The notes under the pieces: generated by a model
Seen by the model: the letters and a program-made list of their open reading frames with translations, nothing else
Databases searched by the model: none
What the model was told of the DNA's origin: nothing
From: Octopus sinensis
Lineage: Eukaryota
Assembly (NCBI RefSeq): GCF_006345805.1
Contig: NC_043016.1
Location: forward strand, 31,186,001-31,250,000
DNA: 64,000 nt
Reading direction: 5' to 3'
Shown: positions 12,448 to 24,223 of the stretch, piece after piece
Layout of the letters: every line of letters starts with the position of its first letter
How positions within the stretch are numbered: the first letter of the stretch is position 1
Program-made: the position numbers and the translations under genes

Positions 12448-15400
12448 GTGTGTGTTTGTTCCCCTAGCATTGCTTGACAACCGATGCTGGTGTGTTTATG
12501 TCCCCGTTACTTAGCGGTTCGGCAAAAAGAGACCTATAGAATAAGTACTGGGCTTACAAAAGAATAAGTCCCGGGGTCGAGTTGCTCGATTAAAGGCAAT
12601 GCTCCAGCATGGCCACAGTCAAATGACTGAAACAAGTAAAAGAGTAAAGAGTAAAGTGTTTTCAGGTTCAGTCCCACTGCATGGCACTTTGGGCAAGTGT
12701 CTTCTGCTACAGCCCAACACTGACCAAGACCTTGCAAACAGATTTAGTAGAGGGGAACAGAAAGAAGCCTGTTGCATGTGCATCTTATGTGGGAACTGTC
12801 AAACAAGTGTTACCATCATACAAACAGGTTTCCAATCCTCCACGACTTCAGCCATGGGGGAAATATCTTACTTAGAAACAGCTGAAAGTTAAGAATAGCA
12901 TCTAATCATAGAATATCTGCCCTAATAAATCTCATCCAACCCATGTAAGCATGAAAGAGTGAATATCAAACTGATTCTTTAAAATAGCTCACATTCAGTT
13001 TCCATTTCCACAAATGAACAAGACAGTGTATTCACATTTTTAAGTGAAGTTCAAACTCCAATCAATAACTAATATGTATCTAAAAATGAATGAAGATCAA
13101 TGATCAGTGGGTGACAAACTTAACCTCTTGCTCAGTTAAACATCACTTGGTCCTTCGGTACCTTAGTATAGCACAATGTTTCAAAAATTCAAGCAAAAAA
13201 TCTGGTCTGAGGATATCTTCCTCAGTTTTGGGCGCACTGAAATAATTACCCTGACTTCCAAAATCATGTAATGAAAAAGTATAAATCAAAATTTCATAAT
13301 TACAAGTCTAAATGCAAAAATTTAGATGTATTAAGGCCATAATAGTTGCTGCAAAAGTTTGAATTTTATTTGAAACAACCTTAGTAAAATTTACTTATAG
13401 ATTGTATTATTTATAATGGAATTCCCATTCTTCAACATAAATGGCCAATGTTACTTAGTAAATTTACAACTATCATAATAGTATTTAAATATTTTATAAA
13501 TCAATGATTCTAAAGAAAAATAATTGAAATTTTCCAATTCATTAAGCTCTTGTCCTGATAAGCCTTATCATAATATGCCTGTTATTTGAACTCAAAGCAA
13601 ATTTAGACAGTTTCAAATAAACGTATAAACATTCCACAATTTCATTCAAAATGCAATAAAATATTTTTAGCAAGAGTCAATGTTGTAAAAATAACATTAC
13701 AATATAAAATTTGACATTACAAAATATTTAGTAAAATACAGTAAAAGAATTGTAAAACAAAAATATGGTATCTATGAATATATACAAGGCAACAATGTCC
13801 ATTTCATACAATTTTACTCAATCAAATGCTACAGCCACTAAGTAATTGGCTCACACCACCCATTCTGAGAAATTTTTGCTAGTTCTTTTGCTTTCCATCC
13901 AGCCAGTGGTGCTTTTACCCATCTCTACTTTCTGGTAGTCTTGAAAAACAATATTTACAGCCTTGAGCTGTATAAGCCATTAGAACTAATTACTATATGG
14001 AAGGTTACAATCAGGTGATATCTCAAAACTGGATGTGAGCAAGTATCTTGTCATAACAGGAACCATTACAGCATTTTAGCTACGAGACCTCGTAGTCAAG
14101 GCTCTGTATTGGTAACATTTACAAAAAGCAAGCAATTAATAAAATTTCTTTCATCCTCACCTATGAAACGATAGCCACTTCACTTGATCTGCCAGAACAA
14201 CTCCAGAGGTCATGAGCAATTCAGCAAAATTATCTACATGGATTCCTTCTTCCTCATGCTTTTTAAACTGTATACCAGATTTTGTTAGAAGATCTATAGA
14301 CTCTTGAGCATACATATCTTCTCTGAAATTTAAAAATGCACAAAATTAAAACCAGAAATATAAAAACAATTTCTAAACTACAATAATAACCAAAAGAATA
14401 ACTACAATAAAATTATCAAGAAAATAGCAATTTAGAAAAAAGTTGCAAAGGATCAGGAGAAAAGAAAATCACTAACGTAAGATTAAATTTGAAATTGAAT
14501 TGCCATGTGGAAATAGGAGTAGCTGTCTGTCCAAAATCATCTAAAAATGTAATCCCGACTTGGATGATTTTGAGCAGGTCAACATTGCAGCGTAAAAGTT
14601 GGTACTGGTAGTCAGCTGTACTTCGAAAGTCTCCGATTGGACGGGCAACTACCCCAGGAAATTCTGTATCCTACAAATAAAATTTCAGTAATTAGGTTAA
14701 AAAAAATTTAAATCCAAGCATTCTGCTAGTATTAGTTTCCAAAAAGATGTCTATCAAAAGCACGTTCATGCTACAACTGTCAAATTTTCTGCAAACTGTA
14801 CAGACCCTATTTTAAGTTTCTCACAAACACTTGTTTAGCAGATTCGAAAAATTGAAAAGCACTGATCATACCATGAAGATCAAACTATGAACATTTCCAA
14901 ATGAGTAGTTAAGAAAAAAAAAACATTCAATTTACAGTTAGCTCACTCATGTGCTGTACTAGTACTGTTACAGAAAACAACTCAGAGAACCACTATCCAA
15001 AGAATATGTCTGTACCAGTGTACACATCCCTCAGTTGCTCTTCATCATCATCATTGTTTAACTTCCACTTTCCATGTTAGCATGGGTTGGATGATTTGAC
15101 AGGTCTGGCAAACCAGATCGCTGCACCAGACTCCAATCTGATCTAGCAGTTTCTACAGCTGGATGCCCTTCCTAACGCCAACCACTCTGAGAGTGTAGTA
15201 GGTGCTTTTAAATTCCATCGGCATGAGGGCCAGTCGGTACTGGCAACGGCCATGCTCAAATAGTGCTTTTTTTTTTATGTGCCACCTGCACAGGAGCCAG
15301 TCCACCTGCACAGGCAATGACCTAGCTCGAATGTTTTTCATGTGCCACCAGCACAAGTGCCAGTAAGGCGACGCAGGTAACAACCACGCTTGAATGGTGC

Positions 15401-16634
15401 CTTTTACGAGCCGTCGGCACGGAGGACAGCTTGTTGTTCTGGCAATGATCACACTCGTATGGTACTCTTAGCGCTCCACTAGCACAGATGCCAATCATCG
15501 AATTTGATTTCACTTGCCTCAACAGGTCTTCGCAAGCAGAGTTTAGTGTTTAATGAAAGAAAGGTACGTATAAGTGGGCTGGTTACACCCCTGGCATAGG
15601 CCTGAAGGTTATGGCCTCACTTGAGCTTGCTGAGTCTTCTCAAGCACAGCATATTTGCCGAATCTTCTCAGCTCCCTATCAAACATTCCACAAACCATAT
15701 CTCTTCTAGCACCAAATATAATCTATTAGCACCACAACTATATCTCTCATAGAAACTGCTAAGTAATTTTGTTCTGCTAGTGATCCTTCTGCATCTTTTG
15801 TGTACTAATCAAGCAACATCAAATCTTTGGGATTGTGTTCACTCATTATCTCTATAACAGACACTTAAATTCTAGACAATGCTCAAACATGGAAAGATTA
15901 TCTGCAGCTCTATAAACAGCAGAAATGTCACCACTCCTGAAATATGTTATAGACAATAAGCAGGATTGATATAGATCTGATGAACTACTTGTACATGAAC
16001 TTCCTTACTGCCAATCCTCAGGACAGACATAACTTACATTGTCTAGTACTCCCCCCCCCCCACCTATCTAAGAGATTGCAGTATAGGACATTCCAAGTAT
16101 TAACCCCAGATTTATTTTTTAAAAAAGCACCAAACGAAATACTTTAATTGTCCCGCTATAATAGTAGCATTTTCGTTTGACATCCTGATAAAATCCTAAA
16201 CATATCTTATCCAAACCAAGCCTTCCCTGAACTTTGTTTTTGTTACCTATAACGATCAAAGTGATTGGTAGCAGACAAATTTATACCTCATTAAACATCC
16301 AAGTTGCTGATGTGTTGAAAACGGACTGAAGCTACTGATTTTTCCCCACCTCATTGTTAACCATACTGAAGTTGCTATCGACTTAACTTTGAGGCGGGAA
16401 GTGGAACACAGTAAGAATTCCATAACCCTTTTATGTATCGACTGAGAACAGGTGCTCCGTTTTGAACACTACTAACGTCGAAATTTGAGTTCTCATCTCT
16501 AATAGTAAGAGGTGATTTGAAAAGACTAAGTCAGTCGTTCGCCTATGGACACCTTTGATTCCTATTTTACTCTATTGGAATACCAAATGCCAAAAGAGCT
16601 TATTGTTTATTTTTATAATATTAGGAATTGTGTA

Positions 16635-16668
<34 letters not shown>

Positions 16669-17526
16669 AAATCTTAAAAACATTGTGGGCGAAGGTAAAG
16701 AATACGCACACCCGGTGGTTAGGGTTTAAAAAAAAAAATATACGCCGAAAACCAGTAGTGTACGTATCCATTACCTCGGCCACATTGTGTATTATAGAAA
16801 TATAACAAATTTATTGTACAAATTTTAATGACAAAATCTCATATGGACGGACCCCGATGGGGAACCTCTGGACTTGGTTAAAAGCAAATCATTAAGTCAT
16901 TGATTATTTCTAACATGTACGTTAGACAAGCTCAGCTGTCCTCCATACTCGTCTATCATAACAGGTATTCTCCCGAGCGGTACAAAATCTTACTTTCAAA
17001 ACTTCTACAATTTCCTTTCTAAAGCTTTTGCTTTCTGAAATATTCATGACATACAATTGCATATAAAAAAATAAAACAATCTCTGTCGCGGGTAAATTTC
17101 TTATATTTAATTTATAAATCTAGTTCTCTCCAAATTTCACAAATATCAAATTGATAAGCTCAAAGCTGACAAATGTAACTTGTTTTTAGATTTATTAAGA
17201 TGAAATTTTGTCGAAATTAAAAAAGGAATTTTGTTTCAAAATATCAGAATTATCATCGTCTTGGACCATATTAACTTACAATCTATTAGGCAGAATATGT
17301 TTAACAGAGTACTACGTAATAAAATTTAAAATAATTTATTTAAATCTATAAATCACAAATTTCCATTAGCTATAAATGTAGAGAAACTGAATACACATTT
17401 TATACATACCATAGCGACATATCGATATTGTTGAACAACCTGGCGAATATGTCGAAATTCTTCTTCTAAATTGCTTTGCCATACATCTCTGAAACCCCAT
17501 TCTGGAGCTGGTACTACCGAAGGCAT
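8760..17526 (-). CDS. CNOT7: CCR4-NOT deadenylase subunit CNOT7/8 (CAF1/POP2), 6 coding exons, 303 aa
   Basis: Exons 17410-17526, 14477-14670, 14161-14322, 11331-11508, 9932-10009 and 8760-8942 total 912 nt in one frame. DEDDh nuclease motifs are present: VAMDTEFPG, FHSGFDFGY, PQHQAGSDSLLTG. Invertebrates have a single CNOT7/8 orthologue, so the symbol is approximate. Confidence 0.96.
9497..9790. mobile_element. piggyBac-like MITE family 1 carrying a nested SINE 3' tail (about 9553-9632)
   Basis: TTAA on both sides, TIR CCCTTTTGTTACC/GGTATCAAAAGGG; the insert ends ggacgttaaacgatgatgatga. Confidence 0.85.
9932..10009 (-). CDS. CNOT7: CNOT7 coding exon 5 (followed by GC donor)
   Basis: ICRIGPQHQAGSDSLLTGAAFFKMRE, 78 nt; donor GAG|GCAAGT. 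Confidence 0.93.
10213..10413. mobile_element. piggyBac-like MITE family 2
   Basis: TTAA flanks, CCCTTTAGCATT..AATGCCAAAGGA. Confidence 0.8.
11331..11508 (-). CDS. CNOT7: CNOT7 coding exon 4
   Basis: GFDFGYMLKILTNSNLP..YDVKYLMKSCKNLKGGLQEVAEQLE, 178 nt. Confidence 0.95.
12254..12653 (+). mobile_element. tRNA-type SINE (octopus-type family A); a second partial SINE follows at about 12655-12960
   Basis: Pol III-like head (ggctgtgtggtaag..ggttcagtccc), central (TA)n(TG)n tract, tail gactgaaacaagtaaaagag; near-identical to 49378-49791. Confidence 0.88.
14161..14322 (-). CDS. CNOT7: CNOT7 coding exon 3
   Basis: EDMYAQESIDLLTNSGIQFKKHEEEG..LMTSGVVL..KWLSFH, 162 nt. Confidence 0.95.
14477..14670 (-). 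CDS. CNOT7: CNOT7 coding exon 2
   Basis: DTEFPGVVARPIGDFRSTADYQYQLLRCNVDLLKIIQ..TWQFNFKFNL, 194 nt. Confidence 0.95.
15043..15665 (-). mobile_element. SINE-like repeat with (GAT)n tail (family B)
   Basis: catcatcatc..gtttctacagctggatgcccttcctaacgccaacc; reverse-complement copy at 27811-28013. Confidence 0.8.
17410..17526 (-). CDS. CNOT7: CNOT7 coding exon 1
   Basis: MPSVVPAPEWGFRDVWQSNLEEEFRHIRQVVQQYRYVAM, 117 nt, donor GTATGT. Confidence 0.92.
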
Positions 17527-18411
17527 CCTGACACCATTTCTCTTATCCACTGTGAATTTGTTGTACAAGGTCTATTCTATCCCTTTGCAAATTTTTTTTT
17601 AATCGTTATAAAATTCTCAAAACCTGTGAAAAGGATTAAATATAGAGAGTGGGTAGAATATGTTTATACAAATTCGAAAGAGAGAGAGAGAGAGAGAGAA
17701 AAAAAAAAAAAACATTAAGACATTTGGTTATCTGAAATCAGCAGTGGTAAATAATTAGGCTTTTAGTATCCGCAACAAATTAAAAGCATTTTCTCGAAAT
17801 ATATAAAAAAAAAACAAACAAACTCCAAGGCAAAATGAAATCTCATTAAAATAAAAATAATTTTGTATAGAGAAAAAACTTACAATAAAAACATTTGAAC
17901 ATTACATTTCAGTTAGTGGGGAAATTCAAAAAGTTTCATATTTGTGTTTAACCCTAAAAATTCAAACGAATCCAACATGGCTAAAAACAGTATTTTTTTT
18001 TGTTTTCAAGGGATATTGATGGATTTAGGATTTCTCACAACGTTTATGTAATGAATAATAAATTAACGTAGAAAGCTGAACAATTCGGAATATCAAGTTA
18101 AAGGCAAGAACGATTCAAGGATTCGTTTCAATTTTCAGGATGGAGATCTTTCCCAGTAACTTGCTTTACATTAAAGAACTATTAAAGATAGATAGAGGAA
18201 GGCCACTGCAGAAAAAAATGTTAAAACTAAATGAACGTTAATCCAAGGAACTGTTTATACATTTTCTTATTTGTGAATAAGAAATCAGAACCAGGAAAAG
18301 AAAGAAAGATTTTTCCAGATAAACAGATTCTCAAGATGAATTAATATCATTCAAAATGAATTATTCAGAAAGTGCTTCGAAACATTAATACATATAACGA
18401 TCGCCTTATAA

Positions 18412-18446
<35 letters not shown>

Positions 18447-18875
18447 AAGAAAAGGATTGAAAATAATACAAAAGTGAAATTACTTGAAATTATTAAAAAA
18501 AAAAAATGAAATAAAGCGGGAGCAAGAAGTGGAGAGAGAGAGAAAAAAAAAAAGTAATATGAGAAAGGAGAGGAAGCGACGAGGAGTCCAAAATGTTGAA
18601 AAAAACACACACATTCATACAATGCCGCAGACATTCCACTTCAACGGATAATGAAAAGAAAGAAAGAAAGAAGCAACATTTAATATTGTCGTTTATCCGT
18701 TGAATATTATTCCTTCCTCCCCTGATTATTATTATTATTTTTTTTTTCTTTCCTTCTTTCTTTCTTTCTTTCAAATTCTTTTTTTTTTTTAATTTATAAA
18801 AAAAAAAAAATAAATAAAAATATACAATCCCCCTCCTCCCTCCCTCCGCCGCCTCACTCTTATTTCTAAACAAGA

Positions 18876-18912
<37 letters not shown>
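18876..18912. repeat. (AAT)n microsatellite
   Basis: aataataataat run. Confidence 0.9.
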
Positions 18913-18913
<1 letters not shown>

Positions 18914-19051
18914 ATAATACAAACGCGAAATACAAAAAGGCGGTGGCAGGGAACATCTGATGAAACGGAGTAGGAAGAAGAAAGTACAAGTACAACAACA
19001 ACAACAACAGAAAAACAGTTCTCCAAGAAAATTAATAAATGATTCCGATAC

Positions 19052-19190
19052 CTTGCAAACATGTCAAGTCTTCCTTCTTTTTTTTTTTTTATTTTTATGT
19101 TTTATTGCTTTGCTGTTTTTTGTCTTTTTTTTTTTCTTCTTTTTAACTCGTTCTTTGCGCCTGCGTCCTGTGTTCTCCAAGAGGAAATAA
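19052..19190 (-). other. Possible non-coding first exon of CNOT7
   Basis: Donor-like CAAG|GTATCG at 19052/19051 within a CpG-retaining region upstream of the CDS. The 5' boundary is a guess and there is no transcript evidence. Confidence 0.3.
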
Positions 19191-19362
19191 GCGATATAGG
19201 TACTATTTATACACGAATAGGATGTATATACGTCATCATTTTATGCCTTCCACATGCACAGCTTTTTACACGCAACGCACACACACACACACATATATTA
19301 TGGGGCGTAATTATTATAGATGTGTGTATGTATGGAGAGAGAGAGAGCGAGCTGTGTGTGTA

Positions 19363-19394
<32 letters not shown>

Positions 19395-19580
19395 GGAACT
19401 ATTTATGAAGAGTGGTTCCGGAGCGCGCACTCGCGTAGTCGCGCTAGCTAGTCATGACTAGTCGATCCTTTGTGTTTTATTTACTTTGCTAGGAGTCGTT
19501 TTAGGATCGACTAGTCACGACTAGCTAGCGCAGATGCGCGCACCGGGACCACTCTTCTTAAATAGTACCTATATGTATAA

Positions 19581-19600
<20 letters not shown>
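19190..19600 (-). promoter_or_regulatory. Likely CNOT7 promoter region (CpG-rich island in AT-rich DNA)
   Basis: Sharp local rise in CpG/GC (gagcgcgcactcgcgtagtcgcg) between AT microsatellites, directly 5' of the gene. The assignment is an inference. Confidence 0.45.
19391..19573. repeat. Imperfect inverted repeat: arms 19391-19469 and 19503-19573, 33-nt loop
   Basis: The reverse complement of the right arm (tataggtactatttaagaagagtggtcccggtgcgcgcatctgcgctagctagtcgtgactagtcgatcct) matches the left arm with few mismatches and one indel. Confidence 0.93.

Positions 19601-19627
<27 letters not shown>
19585..19627. repeat. (TA)n microsatellite flanking the inverted repeat
   Basis: atatatat run; a similar run lies at about 19362-19394 on the other side. 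Confidence 0.92.
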
Positions 19628-19628
<1 letters not shown>

Positions 19629-20419
19629 TTATGTACATACAGACATACAGAGACAGACAAGAAGGAAAAAAAACATTCAAAGAGAAAGAAGGGAACATTT
19701 TACGTGAACGATTTCCACGCTAGAAATAGCAACTAAATCTACTTTAGATCGCACGATATCGTCATAAAATGAGAAAAGGATATTAAGTAATATAGTTGCA
19801 ATCAGAAGATTTTTGATCATATGATGTGCACATTATAATTTTGTAACTGCGTACACAGCTTATATGCGCATAAGCTTCATAGTTTTAGCATAGAAGGGCT
19901 CATTCGAATATAATTTCCCCGTCATCTATATATTAGGGGATTGAAATTTTATATTCTGATTCCATTTGCTTGGTGTTCATTTTGGCGTAAGAAATAAATT
20001 TAATTTTTAAGAGTATACGACCACCCCTACCCCTCGCATAGCCCCCAACCCCAATTCTGCGCTTTGAATACTGAAAATTTAAGGAGCTGTACACTTATTT
20101 TAATACAATTAACTTTGTATTGGTTAAATATTACGGATCTTTTCACTTCCAATATTACCTTTATAACTTTTTATAAATTATATGCACCCCCGCCCCACAC
20201 TCACAACTGAAAATTAGTGATTGGAATCTTTATTTATATAGTTTGTATTAATTTTTTCAATAAAAAAAACAAGCACTTTCAACATTAAAAAAATGTAAAT
20301 TCTTAGTGACTATGATGATATGCAATTAAAAAAAAATCGCACGAACCTTAAACGAAATATATGAACAGTGAACACCATAAAATAAGCATTACTAATATTT
20401 ATTATTAATTAACTGACCA

Positions 20420-21650
20420 TTGTCTTTTCCAGTCAAAGTAAAGTAAACCTTGTCTTGATTTCTGTACATATTATATGAATTTGTGCCTATTTTTACAGCC
20501 TATTCTGACTTCAGAAGCTTTTGTCATTAAATTGATAGCATGCTCGACTCTTTGGCTATGAGAATTGCCGTTTATGGTCCTGAACGGGCTTTAAGATCAA
20601 CATTTGTAAAGTTCCGTAAAACTGGAGGGGATATTATAACTTCATTTTTCCAGTTAGTCAAAACATAATCCTGTGCTTCAAAATTTATTTTGCTTGGCAG
20701 TTTGAAATTTCTGAATATTTCACTGTACATTAGGAGAAAAGTTCTTGCTTTAATAATTCACTGAATTGCTACTTACCTAGTTTGTCTTCTTCCATCATTC
20801 AGCATAGCCAATAAAATATTATCCGGAAGGGCAAAATACGAATTAGTTTTTAACGATTTCTCCATGACTTCTTTATGATCTTGGTTCATATCCTGCTCCT
20901 TTGTGTAACTTTGGGTGAGATTTAATCCAGCTTAGAGCATAAACTTGCGTTATGATTTTAACAAGATCCATAATATTCTTTTGGGGATTTTTTTCCGAAA
21001 CGTATAAGCGAAGAATTCGGTTTGCTCGAGTTAATCACCTCGCAAGATGGATTTTACCAGATGGGCTTGCTGCTAAACTGCTCAGAAACAAACCCTGTCT
21101 CATTACTGAAGCACATTTCATACAGATATTTTTGATCTGAGCTTAAAGTATCAACAATTTCTAATGGCAATACCTTCACTTTAGTTTTTACTGGAGAAAA
21201 TCTGATTATCTTTAAGTTTGTTACATTTAATTTTATTGCCAATTAAGCCTTTTGATGTTCGTGATCCTGTTGTTTTTCCATCTATGGATTCAAATGCTTG
21301 TCAAAATGGAAGCTCATTTATATGTAGTAAGCATATCAACCACTGAAGTGGTTTATTTATGTAGAATTCAATTATTTTAATTAACCATCCTAAATGACCA
21401 GTGTTTACTGGAGTGCCATCACACAATGCAGCCTTTAAACTTTCTTGACTGTCAGAATAAAAAAAAGTAATCATTTTTTTTTCTGCAAATCAACGAACTG
21501 TTCCATTATCTGGTGAAACGTGATCTAAATACTCATCACCGGGCTCTTTCACAATAGCATAGTGCTCTGCACTTTCCATCCCTTTTGATGTTTTAGTTTC
21601 ATCCTTTCTGCCATCAAAACCGATGCAGTCGAACTTTGTATTTTCTGTTC
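20420..21650 (-). mobile_element. Decayed hAT-superfamily (hATm-like) transposase
   Basis: Minus-strand translation gives CIGFDGRKD..EHYAIVKEPG..YLDHVSP, LCDGTPVNTG, KPLQWLICLLHINELP (CxxH), IDGKTTG, LSSDQKYLY, LAR*LTRANRILRLY and SHSQRVEHAINLMTKAS. In-frame stops and frameshifts are present, and a SINE interrupts it at about 21655. Confidence 0.8.
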
Positions 21651-21654
21651 TCAT

Positions 21655-22140
21655 TTTTACTCTCTTATTTGTTTCAGTCATTTGACTGCGGCCATGCTGG
21701 AGCACCGCCTTTAGTCGAGCAAATCGACACCAGGACTTATTCTCTGTAAGGCTAGTACTTATTTTGTCAGTCTCTTTTGCCGAACCGCTACGTTACAGGG
21801 ACGTAAACACACCAGCTCGGTTGTCAAGCGATGTTGAGGTGGAGGGGGGACACACACAGACACTTGGCTTGACCTCACTGCCTCCATGAGGCCCAACGCA
21901 CGAAGTGCTTTTTATGTACTACTGATGGGTACCAGTGAGATGGCACTGGCATCAGCCATAACTACAATTTCACTGTTCATCAGGTCTTCACAAGCACACC
22001 ATATTGCCCAACGATTGAAGGGTGCTTTTAACAGGCCAGTTATGTGACATTGGCATCAGCTATGACTATGATCTTACTTGGCTTCACGTCAATGGCTCCA
22101 TGAGGCCCAATACACGTAGTGCTTTTATGTGCCCTCTGGA
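21655..22140 (-). mobile_element. SINE family A 3' half plus a family B internal fragment, inserted in the hAT relic
   Basis: ttgtttcagtcatttgactgcggccatgctggagcaccgcc..; the internal part matches 15300-15660. Confidence 0.8.
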
Positions 22141-24035
22141 ATTCTCTTCCTCAGATAAGGAAGCATTGATAACACCAATCATCCTGATCTAGAAGTATCA
22201 GCAGAGGTCATGGAGTGCTTCACATTTCTCTAGGTCCTATACATAAAATAAATACCCCACCCCCGTCAGTACAGGATTGATGTTTCCAATTGTGTTGTTT
22301 GATGATGAAAGTAATATTGTCTAGGCAATTAAGCTTATTATAACATTGTAAAAATTAAGATATTGCATTTGGCATATCAGATTACTTTACTTTTTTCTCT
22401 TACTATGTTAAGATACTGGATGTGTAATTAAACTGTGACAGCACTGCTGGCTACCATCTCATGAGGTAAATATTTATTTTCAATGTTTTGAAATCACTTA
22501 GTGATAATGATACTGTAGTTCCACTGAGGTAATCTCATAGTATTTCAAATTTTAAGGCTGATGAAAATATGCTTAGCAATAATTCACAACTCTTAAGGAT
22601 TACGATATTCACTTGTCTTATAAGCCATTCAAACAAGCAACTGTAGACCAGTTTGGATAATATAATATAAACAACCAAATTAAAAATATATAACTGTTCT
22701 ATACCAAACAAAAAGATTGATATTTCTATCATTCAATAATTGTGCATTGTAGAGTAAAAGCAAATTTCTAGTAAGCCAGAAATGATCCAATTTTATTTCA
22801 TGTTTGTATGTTTTCATCTCATGTTACTAATGCCAGAGAGATCAACATTACATTTTATCTACCAATTCTAGTCAAAATGATATATAAATAAAACAAAAAC
22901 AAGCATATCTTAAAATCATATATTTTATTTCTTTATTTTTTTGTACATTTTTTAAAATATTTCTTGAAAATCTTTAATTTTTTTTTCCAAGTCTTTATAT
23001 TAGCAAGCACTCACCATTTGGTGCATGCAACTGAACAGAACATTTTTGCAAATAAATCACAGTAAAATAAAACTAACGCTGCCAAAATCCTCAGCAAAAT
23101 TATTATTTATCCTATCACAATAGGTTTAGTACCGCAAAGACAACAGTGTCATTCCATCATGTTTATCGCTGTGCTACAAAGTTGAAAAGGATTACATATG
23201 AATTACAAAATGAACTGAAGGAACTTTACTATTCTTTGACCAAAGCACAGAAGGGATAACAGTCATACTGCAAAAAAGAGCAACAGTTTACTTACTCTAA
23301 TCCCTCTAAGAAATTCACTCACAATTATATAAAAAAAAATTTTTTTTTTTAATTCACAAAATTTTTAAAGAGGCAATGTATTATCTAAGTTCATAATCCA
23401 TTTAATCATAAAAACAAGAGTAAGTGTTTTTGCAAACATTCACACATGCATACAGGCACAATATTTCACACTGTAGACATTCAATGGCACACCTAAATTT
23501 AGGTACAAAAAAATTTAATAAGCAACTTTTCTTTCTTCATCTCTATATCCTGCCCAAATTTAAAGTAGTTAATATCTCTAGATATAGTATTCATGTGTGT
23601 GAATATATATTAGATGGCAGAGTCTGGAAGAATGGGTAGAGTGAATAAAATAGCTTGTTATTTGGTTGCATTCCTTGACCCCATCCAGGTCAACTGACTT
23701 TCATCTTTCCTAAGTTGATTAAATACAAATCAAGTACATTGGCTGATGTAATTAACTATATCTCTGAAGCTGGTAATCCAGCTTGGCCACTGTTCAATGA
23801 CAAACTATAAATATATCCATTATAAAGATTATAAAAGTCAAATGGTTTTTAAGATAATATTGGAAAAGCATACTAAAACTGAAAACTTCTGATAAATTTT
23901 TTTTTTTAAATATATATTTTCAATAACAGTTTATATTTGAAGTATTAGGCCATTATTGCTATGATTAAAAAAGCATTATAGGTTATACAGTGTAAAAAGA
24001 CTTACAAGATGCCGTTTAATATATGTATCAAGTAA

Positions 24036-24223
24036 GGTGACAAGCTGGCAAAATCATTGCAAAATGCTTAGCAGCATTTCTACCGACTTCACATTCTGAG
24101 TTCAAAATGTCACAGGGGTTGATTTTGCCATTTTTTCATCCTTTCAGGGGTGGAGGTGGGGTGTCAATATAACCAACTTACCCCTACCCCAAAATTGCTG
24201 GCCTTGTGCCAAAATTTGAAACC
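24036..24223 (+). mobile_element. tRNA-type SINE (family C) with a perfect 18-bp target-site duplication
   Basis: AATATATGTATCAAGTAA at both 24018-24035 and 24224-24241; head gctggcaaaatcattg..gagttcaaa; related copies at about 36132-36325 (+), 36355-36475 (-), 11780-11862 (-) and 30915-31010 (-). Confidence 0.82.

Noticed and set aside
12240-12892. Recurrent similar ORFs ([17 protein letters not shown].., ..[13 protein letters not shown]..), also near 21.5, 29.5, 38.7, 49.4 and 51 kb
   Set aside because: They are chance frames through copies of the same SINE, not a gene family.
16830-16995. GC-richer intronic island with small hairpins, considered as an H/ACA or C/D snoRNA
   Set aside because: Box spacing and stems do not fit well: the ACA is too far from the stem and there is no clean RUGAUGA. 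An Infernal/snoReport hit would be needed.
18365-19408. Long ORFs (89-189 aa) upstream of CNOT7
   Set aside because: They are translations of poly-A/T, (AAT)n and (CA)n tracts with low-complexity F/Y/K runs and no domain signal.
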